From: an uncultured Thermus sp.
GTDB lineage: Bacteria; Deinococcota; Deinococci; Deinococcales; Thermaceae
Assembly: GCA_947085095.1 (NCBI GenBank)
Contig: CAMTVD010000033.1
Location: 1 to 27,653, forward strand
Direction: 5' to 3'
DNA length: 27,653 bases
Below are positions 10,017-18,741 of this stretch, piece after piece. Numbering within the stretch: the first letter of the stretch is position 1; each line of letters begins with the position of its first letter. The notes beneath the pieces are model-generated. The model saw only the letters and a program-made list of their open reading frames with translations, searched no databases and was not told the origin of the DNA. Both the position numbers and the translations under genes were made by a program.

Positions 10017-11103
10017 GTTCTCCTTTCTTCTCTTGGGTTTGGCCCTTTTCGCCCTCGGGGGCGTTCTTTCCTGGCCCAAAAGCCCAAGGGAAGAGGGTTT
10101 GCGCCCTAAGCGGGTGGGGGCTTTGCCGGAGATGGGGGTGGTGGTGGCCGCCCGGGACATTGAGTACTGCGGCCACCACACTCCTTGCGGCCCGGGAAGC
10201 CGCACGGACACCATCTTTTATCTGCGCCTGGTGGGGGGAGAGGTCAAGGGGGTGGCCATCCCCCGGGACCTCTATAGCCCTAGGGCCGGGGGCAGGATCA
10301 ACGCCGCCTACGGCCGGGGTGGGGCGGAGGTTCTGAAACGGGCGGTGGAGGAGGCCACGGGCCTGGTGGCCGAGAGGCACCTCATCCTCACCCTGGAGAG
10401 CGTGGCCCGGATCATAGATGCGGTGGGGGGGGTGGAGGTGGTCCTGGAGAGGCCCATGCGCTACACGGACCGGGCCGCTAGGCTCTTCATTGACTTCCCC
10501 GCTGGCCGCCTGCATCTCACGGGGGAGGAGGCGGTCAAGTACATGCGCTTCCGCCACGAGGCCCTGGGGGACTACGCCCGCCTGGACCGCATCAAGGAGG
10601 TGATGGGGCAGGTCCTGAGGAAGGCGCAAAACCCCGCCACCTGGCCCGCCCTTACCCTGGCCCTGCGCGCCCTTTGGCAGGAGCTGGACACGGACCTGGC
10701 TCTGGAGGAGCTCCTCCCCCACCTGCCCGCGGTGCGGGGGCTGAGGCTTTCCCTGGCCACCCTGCCCACCCGGGAGGGCCCAGGCACCTGGCTCTACGTG
10801 GACGAAGAGGCCAGGAGGGGGTTTCTCTCCGCCTTCTTCGGGGCGGTTCCGCCCTCCTCCCCGCCCCAGGTGGCCGTGCGCCTCAAGGGGGCGCCGGAGC
10901 TTTTGGCCTGGGCCCAGGCCTTTTTGGCCCAGGAGGGGATTGGGGCGGAGGCGGAGGTGGCGGAGGTGGCGCGAAGCGGGGTCTACACCAAGGACCCCGA
11001 GGCCGGGGCCTACTTCGCGGACCTCTTCCACCTACCCCTCCTCGCTCCCCACGGGCCCGTGGCGGGGGTGGTGGTGGAGCTGGGGCGAGACCTGCTACAA
11101 TGA
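10006..11103 (+). CDS. LCP (LytR-CpsA-Psr) family glycopolymer transferase
   Basis: N-terminal TM, SRTDTI, IPRD, RINAAY, DAVGGV, YMRFRH, DYARLDR. Confidence 0.92.
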   Translation: MRPRFSFLLLGLALFALGGVLSWPKSPREEGLRPKRVGALPEMGVVVAARDIEYCGHHTPCGPGSRTDTIFYLRLVGGEVKGVAIPRDLYSPRAGGRINAAYGRGGAEVLKRAVEEATGLVAERHLILTLESVARIIDAVGGVEVVLERPMRYTDRAARLFIDFPAGRLHLTGEEAVKYMRFRHEALGDYARLDRIKEVMGQVLRKAQNPATWPALTLALRALWQELDTDLALEELLPHLPAVRGLRLSLATLPTREGPGTWLYVDEEARRGFLSAFFGAVPPSSPPQVAVRLKGAPELLAWAQAFLAQEGIGAEAEVAEVARSGVYTKDPEAGAYFADLFHLPLLAPHGPVAGVVVELGRDLLQ

Positions 11104-11110
11104 GCCTTAG

Positions 11111-11452
11111 ATGGTGAAGACCAAGGAGGCGTTGGATCTGGTCGGGCGCATCAAGGATCTCCTTTGGGAAAAGAAAGCGGAAGGCGTGGTGGCCCTGGAC
11201 CTGAGAAAGGTCTCGGAGAGCCTGGATTACTTCGTCCTGGCCAGCGCCACCAGCGCCCCCCACCTGCAGGCCCTGGAGCGCCATCTGGAGGAGAAGCTCA
11301 AGGAGGAGGGGGTTCGCCCCCGGCCCACGGAGGGGCAGAGTCCTCGCTGGGTGGTCCTGGACTACGGGGAGGTGGTGGTCCACCTCATGACCAAGGAGGC
11401 CCGGGACTACTACGACCTCGAGGGCTTCTGGGCCGACGCCGAAAGGATCTAG
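11111..11452 (+). CDS. rsfS: Ribosome silencing factor RsfS
   Basis: EKKAEGVVALDL, DYFVLASA, WVVLDYGEVVVH, RDYYDLEGFW. Confidence 0.95.
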   Translation: MVKTKEALDLVGRIKDLLWEKKAEGVVALDLRKVSESLDYFVLASATSAPHLQALERHLEEKLKEEGVRPRPTEGQSPRWVVLDYGEVVVHLMTKEARDYYDLEGFWADAERI

Positions 11453-11455
11453 CTT

Positions 11456-11569
11456 CCCCGGCAAAGCCCAGACCCTCTGGGGTTAGGGCGGCAGAGGCTA
11501 AGTATGCTCCTGGCTGGCTTCGGTTGAGCCCCACCGGCCTGGGGGTTCCTTGGGAAGGGGGCGCCGGGG
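11456..11569 (+). other. 114-bp structured intergenic element (MITE-like repeat or ncRNA candidate)
   Basis: Terminal inverted repeats CCCCGGC/GCCGGGG, flanking CTT on both sides, several internal hairpins including a C(UUCG)G loop. Confidence 0.5.
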
Positions 11570-11577
11570 CTTCCCCT

Positions 11578-11859
11578 TCACTTGATGCGGGGTGGGGCCA
11601 AGGGCCCCATGATGAACCGCTGGAAGACCAGGTAAAAGCCCAGGTAGACCAGAAGCTGGAACCAGAAGCTTTCCACCACTTTTAGGCCCAAAGCGCCCAG
11701 GAGCAGGATCAGGGCCACCGCCCCCATCATGACCAGGCTGGTGCGCAGGAAAACCCCCGGGAAGTACTTCAGGGCCTCGCGGAGGGTTTTGGGCCGCCTT
11801 TCCTCCCAGTCCTTCAGGGCCTTTTTCTTCAGCTTCTCCTCGCGTTTCTTCTTGCCCAC
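11578..11859 (-). CDS. Small membrane protein, 93 aa, Lys-rich N-terminus plus 2 TM helices; function unknown
   Basis: GTG at 11859, 6 nt after TATACT; MGKKKREEKLKKKALKDWEERRPK then two hydrophobic segments; fills the rsfS-panC gap. Confidence 0.75.
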   Translation of the reverse strand: MGKKKREEKLKKKALKDWEERRPKTLREALKYFPGVFLRTSLVMMGAVALILLLGALGLKVVESFWFQLLVYLGFYLVFQRFIMGPLAPPRIK

Positions 11860-11865
11860 GGGGAA

Positions 11866-11873
11866 AGTATACT
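11866..11873. promoter_or_regulatory. Palindromic bidirectional -10 (AGTATACT)
   Basis: TATACT on both strands, 7 nt and 6 nt from divergent GTG starts. Confidence 0.65.
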
Positions 11874-11880
11874 GAGCCCC

Positions 11881-12711
11881 GTGAAGGTGGTGCGCACCGT
11901 GGCCGAACTCCGGGCGGCCCTGCCCCGGGAAGGGGTGGGGTTTGTGCCCACCATGGGCTACCTCCACCGGGGGCACCTCGCCTTGGTGGAGCGGGCCAAG
12001 CGGGAAAACCCCTTTGTGGTGGTCTCCATCTTTGTCAATCCCTTGCAGTTTGGCCCTGGGGAGGACTACCACCGCTACCCTCGGGACCTGGAGCGGGACC
12101 GGGCCCTTTTGGAAGAGGTGGGGGCGGACCTCCTCTTTGCCCCCGAGGTGGGGGAGGTGTACCCCCAGGGCTTCGCCACCCGGGTCCAGGTGGAGGGCCC
12201 CCTCACCGTCCTCTGGGAGGGGGAGGTGCGCCCCGGGCACTTCCAAGGGGTGGCCACGGTGGTGGCCCGGCTTTTTCTCCTGGTGGGGCCAGAGCGGGCC
12301 TACTTCGGCGAGAAGGACTACCAGCAGCTTCTGGTGATCCGCAAGATGGTGCGCGACCTGGGCTTTCCCCTCGAGGTGGTGGGGGTGCCCACGGTGCGGG
12401 AGGAGGACGGCCTGGCCCTCTCCAGCCGCAACGTCTACCTCTCCCCGGAAACCAGGCGGAAGGCTTCTGTCCTGTACCGGGCCCTTCTGGCCATGCGGGA
12501 GGTGGCCCTTTCGGGGGGTGGCGTGGCCGCGGCTTTGGAGGCAGGGGAGAGGGTCCTAAAGGAGGTGCCCGAGTTCCGCCCCGACTACCTGGCCATCGTC
12601 CACCCCGAGACCCTTCTTCCCCTTTCCCGCTTTCTTCCCGGGGCCAGGGGCCTCGTGGCGGGGCGGTTCCCCGAGGCCAGGCTCATTGACAACCTGGAGG
12701 TGTACCCGTGA
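11881..12711 (+). CDS. panC: Pantoate--beta-alanine ligase
   Basis: VPTMGYLHRGH, SIFVNPLQF, RPGHFQGV, FGEKDYQQ, GLALSSRN, RLIDN. Confidence 0.97.
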   Translation: MKVVRTVAELRAALPREGVGFVPTMGYLHRGHLALVERAKRENPFVVVSIFVNPLQFGPGEDYHRYPRDLERDRALLEEVGADLLFAPEVGEVYPQGFATRVQVEGPLTVLWEGEVRPGHFQGVATVVARLFLLVGPERAYFGEKDYQQLLVIRKMVRDLGFPLEVVGVPTVREEDGLALSSRNVYLSPETRRKASVLYRALLAMREVALSGGGVAAALEAGERVLKEVPEFRPDYLAIVHPETLLPLSRFLPGARGLVAGRFPEARLIDNLEVYP

Positions 12712-13817
12712 GCGAGGCTTCCCCGCAAGAGGGTAGGCAAAGCCTCTTGGAGATGCTGAAGGCCATGGTCCAGGCCCGGGCCTCGGACATCCACCTGCAG
12801 GCGGGGGCCCCGCCCACGGTGCGGGTGGACGGGAAGCTGAGGCCCTTTGGCAGCCGCCCCCTGACCCCCAAGGACACCGAGGCCATCGTCCGCGCCCTCC
12901 TCACCCCGGATCAGCTAGAGGAGTTGGAGTACCGCAAGGAGATGGACTTTGCCTACACCATCCCCGGGGTGGCCCGCTTCCGCTGCAACCTCCTGAGGCA
13001 GCGGGGAAGCTTCGGCCTGGTGATGCGGGTGGTTTCCGAGGTGATCCCAAGTTTTGAGGCCCTGGGCCTTCCCCGGGAGGTCCTGGAGGGACTTGCGGCT
13101 AGGGAGCGGGGCCTCATCCTGGTCACCGGGCCCACGGGATCGGGGAAGAGCACCACCTTGGCGGCCCTCATTGACCACATCAACCTCCACTACGCCAAGA
13201 ACATCGTCACCATTGAGGACCCCATAGAGTTTCTCCACAAGCACAAGAAGAGCCTGGTGGTCCAGCGGGAGGTGGGCCTGGACACGGACAGCTTTTACTC
13301 CGGGATCAAGTACGCCATGCGCCAGGACCCGGACGTGATCCTGATCGGGGAGATGCGGGACAAGGAGACGGTGGAGGCCGCCCTCATGGCCGCCCAGACC
13401 GGCCACCTGGTCCTCTCCACCCTGCACACCCTGGATGCCTGGCGCACCATCAACCGGGTCATTGAGTTCTTCCCCCTGCACGAGCACCAGCAGGTGCGCA
13501 TCCTCCTCGCCGAGTCCCTCCTGGGGATCCTCTCCCAGCGGCTCCTCCCCCGGGCGGACGGGGCGGGGCGGGTTCTGGCCCTCGAGGTCCTCATCGCCAC
13601 CCCCTACGTGCGGGAGCTCATCAAGGACGAGGACAAGACCCCGCAGATCAAGGAGGCCATGATGGAGGGTTCCCTCCACGGCATGCGCACCTTTGACCAG
13701 CACCTGGTGGAGCTGTACAAGGAGGGCCTCATTTCCTTAGAGGATGCCCTTTCCGCCGCCACCAGCCCCCACGAGTTCCGCCTCCTCCTCACCAAGGCCA
13801 CGGGGCAGGCCTACTGA
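12708..13817 (+). CDS. pilT: Type IV pilus retraction ATPase, PilT/PilU family
   Basis: ASDIHL, GPTGSGKSTT, TIEDPIE, RQDPDVILIGEMRD, TGHLVLSTLHT, GMRTFDQ. Confidence 0.9.
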   Translation: MSEASPQEGRQSLLEMLKAMVQARASDIHLQAGAPPTVRVDGKLRPFGSRPLTPKDTEAIVRALLTPDQLEELEYRKEMDFAYTIPGVARFRCNLLRQRGSFGLVMRVVSEVIPSFEALGLPREVLEGLAARERGLILVTGPTGSGKSTTLAALIDHINLHYAKNIVTIEDPIEFLHKHKKSLVVQREVGLDTDSFYSGIKYAMRQDPDVILIGEMRDKETVEAALMAAQTGHLVLSTLHTLDAWRTINRVIEFFPLHEHQQVRILLAESLLGILSQRLLPRADGAGRVLALEVLIATPYVRELIKDEDKTPQIKEAMMEGSLHGMRTFDQHLVELYKEGLISLEDALSAATSPHEFRLLLTKATGQAY

Positions 13818-13844
13818 GTTTCCACGTTTCCACAAGGGCCCGGG

Positions 13845-13850
13845 TATAAT
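13845..13850 (+). promoter_or_regulatory. -10 box for fba
   Basis: Consensus TATAAT followed by GGAGG RBS; -35 unclear. Confidence 0.65.
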
Positions 13851-13867
13851 CGGGGTCGGAGGCGCTT

Positions 13868-14785
13868 ATGCTGGTGACAGGTTTGGAAATCCTCAAGAAG
13901 GCGCGGGCCGAGGGCTATGGGGTTGGGGCCTTCAACGTGAACAACATGGAGTTTCTCCAGGCTGTCCTCGAGGCCGCCGAGGAGCAAAAAAGCCCGGTGA
14001 TCCTAGCCCTTTCTGAGGGGGCCATGAAATACGGGGGCCGGGCGCTGACCCTGATGGCGGTGGAGCTCGCCAAGGAGGCCCGGGTGCCGGTGGCCGTGCA
14101 CCTGGACCACGGCAGTAGCTACGAGAGCGTGCTAAGGGCCCTGCGGGCGGGCTTCACCAGCGTCATGATAGACAAGTCCCACGAGGACTTTGAGACGAAC
14201 GTGGGGGAGACCAAGCGGGTGGTGGAGGCGGCCCACGCCGTGGGGGTCACGGTGGAGGCGGAGCTGGGGCGGCTTGCCGGCATAGAGGAGCACGTGGCCG
14301 TGGACGAGAAGGACGCCCTCCTCACCAACCCCGAGGAGGCCCGCCTCTTCATGGAACGGACGGGGGCTGACTACCTGGCGGTGGCCATCGGCACCAGCCA
14401 CGGGGCCTACAAGGGCAAGGGCAGGCCCTTCATTGACCACCCCCGGCTGGAGCGGATCGCCAAGCTGGTCCCTGCTCCCCTGGTCCTCCACGGGGCCAGC
14501 GCCGTGCCCCCGGAGCTGGTGGAGCGCTTCCGCGCCTCGGGAGGGGAGATCGGCGAAGCCGCGGGCATCCACCCCGAGGACATCAGGAAGGCCATCTCCC
14601 TGGGGATCGCCAAGATCAACACCGACACCGACCTGCGCCTGGCCTTCACCGCCCTCCTTCGGGAGACCCTCAATAAGAACCCCAAGGAGTTTGACCCCAG
14701 GAAGTACCTGGGCCCGGCCCGGGAGGCGGTGAAGGAGGTGGTGAAGAGCCGCATGGAGCTCTTCGGCTCCGTGGGCCGGGCCTAG
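13868..14785 (+). CDS. fba: Class II fructose-1,6-bisphosphate aldolase
   Basis: VGAFNVNN, HLDHG, SVMID, VEAELG, GTSHGAYK, LVLHGAS, KINTDTD, DPRKYL. Confidence 0.97.
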   Translation: MLVTGLEILKKARAEGYGVGAFNVNNMEFLQAVLEAAEEQKSPVILALSEGAMKYGGRALTLMAVELAKEARVPVAVHLDHGSSYESVLRALRAGFTSVMIDKSHEDFETNVGETKRVVEAAHAVGVTVEAELGRLAGIEEHVAVDEKDALLTNPEEARLFMERTGADYLAVAIGTSHGAYKGKGRPFIDHPRLERIAKLVPAPLVLHGASAVPPELVERFRASGGEIGEAAGIHPEDIRKAISLGIAKINTDTDLRLAFTALLRETLNKNPKEFDPRKYLGPAREAVKEVVKSRMELFGSVGRA

Positions 14786-15300
14786 TCCCAGGGGATCCTC
14801 ACCCCGGGGAAGGCCAGGGGCTCCGCCTCCTCCCCGGGGAGGAAAATCCGGTGCTCCGTGTAGACCCCCTCCTTGGGGTGGCGGAAGGCGTGGAGGAGGT
14901 TGCGCCCCAGATCCAGGACCCAGACCTCGGGGATGCCCGCTCTGGCATAGATGGGAAGCTTCTTTTCCAGGTCGTAATCCAGGCTGGTATCTGCCACCTC
15001 CACCACTAGGAGAATGTCCTCTGGAGTGGGGAGGGCTTCCCCGTAGTCCTTGGGCCTTAGGAGGGCCAGGTCAGGTTGGGGTTCCGAGTGGGGGGGAATG
15101 CGGATGGGGTTCTGGGGCCAGACCACCGCCTGGTCCCCTAGGGCTTCCAGGAAGGCCCGGAGGAGCCTTGCCACCTTCCAGGCATGCTTTGGGCCGATGG
15201 GGCTCATCTCGTAGACCTCCCCCTCCAGGAGCTCCACGTTCTTAACTCCCCGGAAGAGTCTCTCGTAGGCCTCCAGCCCGAAGCGGTACCGGGTGGCCAT
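14782..15300 (-). CDS. Uma2 (DUF820) family PD-(D/E)xK-like endonuclease
   Basis: VELLEGEVYEMSPIGPKH, EPQPDL, LLVVEVADTS, KLPIYARAGIPEVWVLD; ATG 15300 6 nt after TACGCT. Confidence 0.92.
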   Translation of the reverse strand: MATRYRFGLEAYERLFRGVKNVELLEGEVYEMSPIGPKHAWKVARLLRAFLEALGDQAVVWPQNPIRIPPHSEPQPDLALLRPKDYGEALPTPEDILLVVEVADTSLDYDLEKKLPIYARAGIPEVWVLDLGRNLLHAFRHPKEGVYTEHRIFLPGEEAEPLAFPGVRIPWD

Positions 15301-15306
15301 GCCCTT

Positions 15307-15316
15307 AGCGTAGCAT
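15307..15316. promoter_or_regulatory. Overlapping divergent -10 boxes (TACGCT on -, TAGCAT on +)
   Basis: Each box is 6 nt from an ATG (15300, 15323). Confidence 0.6.
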
Positions 15317-15322
15317 GGGGCC

Positions 15323-16594
15323 ATGAACCCCGTGCGCTTCATCCAGGCCAAGCGGGACGGCCTCACCCACACCAAGGAGGAGATGGCGGCCTTCCTCCTG
15401 GGCTACCTAAGGGACGAGGTCCCCGACTACCAGGTTTCCGCCTGGCTCATGGCCGTCTTCTTCCGGGAGCTTTCCTCGGAGGAGACCCTTTGGCTCACGG
15501 AGATCATGGCCCATTCCGGCAAGGTCCTGGACCTCTCCTCCTTGCCCCATCCCGTGGACAAGCACTCCTCCGGGGGGGTGGGGGACAAGACCACCCTGGT
15601 GGTGGGACCCATCCTGGCCGCCAGCGGGTGCACCTTCGCCAAGATGTCGGGCCGGGGCCTGGCCCACACCGGGGGGACCATTGACAAGCTGGAGTCCGTA
15701 CCGGGCTGGCGGGGGGAGATGACAGAGGAGGCCTTTTGGGAAAGGGCGAGAAGGGTGGGTCTGGTCATCGCCGCCCAGAGCCAGGACCTGGCTCCCCTGG
15801 ACGGGAAGCTCTACGCCCTCAGGGACGTGACCGCCACGGTGGAGAGCCTTCCCCTCATCGCCAGCTCCATCATGAGCAAGAAGCTGGCCGCCGGGGCCAG
15901 GAGCATCGTTTTGGACGTGAAGGTGGGCAAAGGGGCCTTCATGAAGACTCTCGAGGCCGCAAGGGCCCTGGCGGAGGCCATGGTGGCCATCGGCCAGGGG
16001 GCTTCGCGCCGGGTGCGGGCGGTCCTCACCAGCATGGAGGCCCCCTTGGGGAGGGCGGTGGGGAACGCCTTAGAGGTGCGGGAGGCCATCCTCGCCCTGA
16101 AGGGGGAGGGCCCCGAGGACCTCCTGGAGGTGGCCCTCACCCTGGCCGAGGAGGCCCTGAAGCTGGAGGGGCTGGACCCTGGCCTCGCCCGGAAGGTCCT
16201 GGAGGAGGGGAAGGCCTTGGCCAAGTTCCAGGCCTTCCTCGAGGCCCAGGGGGGGGACCCCAGGGTGGTGGAGGACCTCGCCCTCCTCCCCCTGGCGGAG
16301 GAGCTTCCCCTCCTCTCCCAGGAGGAGGGGGTGGTCCAGGAGGTGGACGCCCTCAAGGTGGGCCTCGCCGTCCTGGCCCTGGGCGGGGGGCGGCAAAAGA
16401 AGGGGGAGGCCATAGACCATGGGGTGGGGGTCCACCTCCTGAAGAAGCCCGGGGACCGGGTGGAAAGGGGAGAGGCCCTGGCCCTGGTCTACCACCGGAA
16501 CCGGGGCCTGGAGGAGGCCCTGCTCCACCTTCGGGCGGCCTTCCGCCTGGGGCAGAGCGCCAGCCCTTCCCCCCTGGTCCTAGGCCGGGTCTAG
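15323..16594 (+). CDS. pdp: Pyrimidine-nucleoside phosphorylase
   Basis: [47 protein letters not shown]. Confidence 0.95.
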   Translation: MNPVRFIQAKRDGLTHTKEEMAAFLLGYLRDEVPDYQVSAWLMAVFFRELSSEETLWLTEIMAHSGKVLDLSSLPHPVDKHSSGGVGDKTTLVVGPILAASGCTFAKMSGRGLAHTGGTIDKLESVPGWRGEMTEEAFWERARRVGLVIAAQSQDLAPLDGKLYALRDVTATVESLPLIASSIMSKKLAAGARSIVLDVKVGKGAFMKTLEAARALAEAMVAIGQGASRRVRAVLTSMEAPLGRAVGNALEVREAILALKGEGPEDLLEVALTLAEEALKLEGLDPGLARKVLEEGKALAKFQAFLEAQGGDPRVVEDLALLPLAEELPLLSQEEGVVQEVDALKVGLAVLALGGGRQKKGEAIDHGVGVHLLKKPGDRVERGEALALVYHRNRGLEEALLHLRAAFRLGQSASPSPLVLGRV

Positions 16595-16610
16595 GGTATA
16601 CTCTTCCGGG

Positions 16611-17510
16611 ATGAAAAGGCGGCCTGCCCGCTACACCCTCCTCCTCACCCGAAGCGGCGGGGGGAGCCGGGCCCTCCACCTTCCGGGCTGGGCCCTGGCC
16701 CTTCTTCTGGCCCTCCTCGCCCTTTGGACGGGGGCCAATCTCTACTTCTGGCACCGGGCCCGGGAGGCCAGGGCCTTGGAGGCCCGGATCCAGGCCCTCT
16801 CCCAGGAGGCCCGGCGGCTTTCCCTGGCCCTCGAGGCGGAGAAGGCTAAAAACGGGGCCCTCTCCCAGGAGGCGGAGCGCACCAAGAAGGACCTAGAGGC
16901 CCTGAGAAAGGCCATTGAGGAGCTCCGCCGCCGGGCGGGCCTCTCCCCCATCAACGCCCGTCCCGTGCGCCACGTGGAGGGGGGAAGGGGGGGCGGGGCC
17001 ATGGAGGGCTGGGCGGAGGTCCGCTTTCTGGTTTTGGACCTGCAGGGCCAGCTTCAGGAGGTGGCCCCTGCCCTGGAGCGCACCCTGGAGGTGGAAAGGA
17101 GCCTGCCCCTGGGCCTTCCCCTGAGGGGCTACCGGGGGGTAAGCTCCCCTTTCGGCATGCGGAGGAACCCCTTTGGCCCCGGGTGGGAGTTCCACGATGG
17201 CCTGGACTTCGCCGCCCCCTACGGCACCCCCGTCCACGCCACCGGGGCGGGCGTGGTGGCCCAGGCCGGCTGGATGGGGCCTTACGGCCTCGCCGTCCTC
17301 CTGGACCACGCAGCGGGTTACCAGACCCTCTACGGCCACCTCTCCCGCCTCCTGGTCCGCCCGGGACAAAGGGTGGAGCGGGGCCAGGTCCTGGGCTATG
17401 TGGGCTCCACGGGGCGTTCCACGGGTTCCCACCTGCACTATTCCGTTTACCGCCGGGGTGTGGCCGTGGACCCCAGGCCTTACCTGGACCCCGCCTGGGC
17501 CTCCCGGTAG
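16611..17510 (+). CDS. M23-family metallopeptidase (TM, coiled coil, M23 domain)
   Basis: HDGLD (HxxxD), YGHL, STGSHLHY (HxH); TATACT at 16597-16602 upstream. Confidence 0.93.
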   Translation: MKRRPARYTLLLTRSGGGSRALHLPGWALALLLALLALWTGANLYFWHRAREARALEARIQALSQEARRLSLALEAEKAKNGALSQEAERTKKDLEALRKAIEELRRRAGLSPINARPVRHVEGGRGGGAMEGWAEVRFLVLDLQGQLQEVAPALERTLEVERSLPLGLPLRGYRGVSSPFGMRRNPFGPGWEFHDGLDFAAPYGTPVHATGAGVVAQAGWMGPYGLAVLLDHAAGYQTLYGHLSRLLVRPGQRVERGQVLGYVGSTGRSTGSHLHYSVYRRGVAVDPRPYLDPAWASR

Positions 17511-17520
17511 AATGGGGCGG

Positions 17521-17883
17521 ATGCTGGGTAGAAAGGAACGTGTCCTCACCTACCTGGGCCCGGACACCGAGGTCCTGGGGGATTTGAAGGCCAAGGGGCA
17601 GGTGCGCCTAGACGGCTTGGTGCGGGGCTCCATCCTGGTGGAGGGGGAGCTGGAGGTGGGCCGGACGGGCCGGGTGGAGGGGGAGAGGATTGAGGCGAAG
17701 GCCATCCAGGTCCACGGGGAGGTGAAGGCGGACCTGGTGGCGGAAAGGGTCTTTCTGGCCAGGACCGCCCGCTTCACCGGCAACGTCCGGGCCCAGGCCC
17801 TGGAGGTGGAGGCGGGGGCGGTCTTCATCGGCCAGAGCGTGGCTGGGGAAACCCGGGCCCTCGAGGCCCCCAAGGAGGCGTGA
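17521..17883 (+). CDS. Bactofilin (polymer-forming cytoskeletal protein); alternative ATG at 17512
   Basis: TYLGPDTEVLGDLKAKGQVRLDGLVRGSI...LEVEAGAVFIG beta-helix repeats; downstream of an M23 peptidase. Confidence 0.92.
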   Translation: MLGRKERVLTYLGPDTEVLGDLKAKGQVRLDGLVRGSILVEGELEVGRTGRVEGERIEAKAIQVHGEVKADLVAERVFLARTARFTGNVRAQALEVEAGAVFIGQSVAGETRALEAPKEA

Positions 17884-18741
17884 ATGGCCCTGGAAAGGCT
17901 TTTCCGAAGGAGGCGGCCCAGCGGGGAGAACCGGGATGTCCCCGAGCTTTGGACCAAGTGCGAGGCCTGCGGGGCCCAGCTTTACAAAAAGGAGTTCAAG
18001 GAAAACCTCTACGTCTGCCCCAAGTGTGGCCACCACCACCGGATGCCCGCGGCGGAGCGGGTGGAGATGCTGGCCGACCCCGGCACCTTTCAGGAAATCA
18101 CCCGGCTAAGACCCCTGGACCCCCTGGCCTTTCTGGACACCAAGCCCTACGTGGAAAGGCTCAGGGCCTACCAGGAGGAGACGGGCCGGCCCGACGCCAT
18201 CCTGGGGGGGGTCTGCGCCATCGGGGGGGTGCCCGCGGTGCTTTTGGTCATGGACTACGCCTTCGCCGGGGGGTCCATGGGGAGCGTGGTGGGGGAGGAG
18301 ATCGCCCGGGGGGCGGAGCGGGCGGCGGCGGAGGGGCGGGCCTTGGTGATCGTGGCCGCCTCCGGGGGGGCCAGGATGCAGGAGGCCGCCCTTTCCCTCA
18401 TGCAGATGGCCAAGACGGTGATGAGCCTGGACCTCCTCTGGGCCAAGCGCCTCCCCTACGTCTCCGTCCTCACCGACCCCACCACCGGGGGGGTCACCGC
18501 CAGCTTCGCCGCCCTGGCCGACGTGATCCTCGCCGAGCCCGGGGCCTTGATCGGCTTCGCCGGGCCCAGGGTCATCCGGCAGACCATACGCCAGGAGCTC
18601 CCCGAGGGCTTCCAGCGCTCGGAGTTCTTGCTTAGGCACGGCATGGTGGACCGGGTCACCGACCGCAGGAGGCTGAAGGGGGAAGTGGTCCGGGCCCTCC
18701 GCCACTTGCACCCGGGGGTTCCCTATGGCGCTGGAGTTTGA
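17884..18741 (+). CDS. accD: Acetyl-CoA carboxylase carboxyltransferase beta subunit
   Basis: LWTKCEAC...CPKC Zn ribbon, [38 protein letters not shown]. Confidence 0.97.
   Translation: MALERLFRRRRPSGENRDVPELWTKCEACGAQLYKKEFKENLYVCPKCGHHHRMPAAERVEMLADPGTFQEITRLRPLDPLAFLDTKPYVERLRAYQEETGRPDAILGGVCAIGGVPAVLLVMDYAFAGGSMGSVVGEEIARGAERAAAEGRALVIVAASGGARMQEAALSLMQMAKTVMSLDLLWAKRLPYVSVLTDPTTGGVTASFAALADVILAEPGALIGFAGPRVIRQTIRQELPEGFQRSEFLLRHGMVDRVTDRRRLKGEVVRALRHLHPGVPYGAGV

Noticed and set aside
11456..11569. Calling the element SRP RNA, 6S RNA or a self-cleaving ribozyme
   Set aside because: No SRP helix-8 motif, too short for typical 6S, no hammerhead core; left unassigned
14782..15300. Uma2 plus hicBA as a defence island
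   Set aside because: They are about 12 kb apart among core genes; no methylase, Cas or other defence genes
17173..17511. Long N-terminal extension of bactofilin
   Set aside because: Overlaps the M23 catalytic domain in another frame; low complexity
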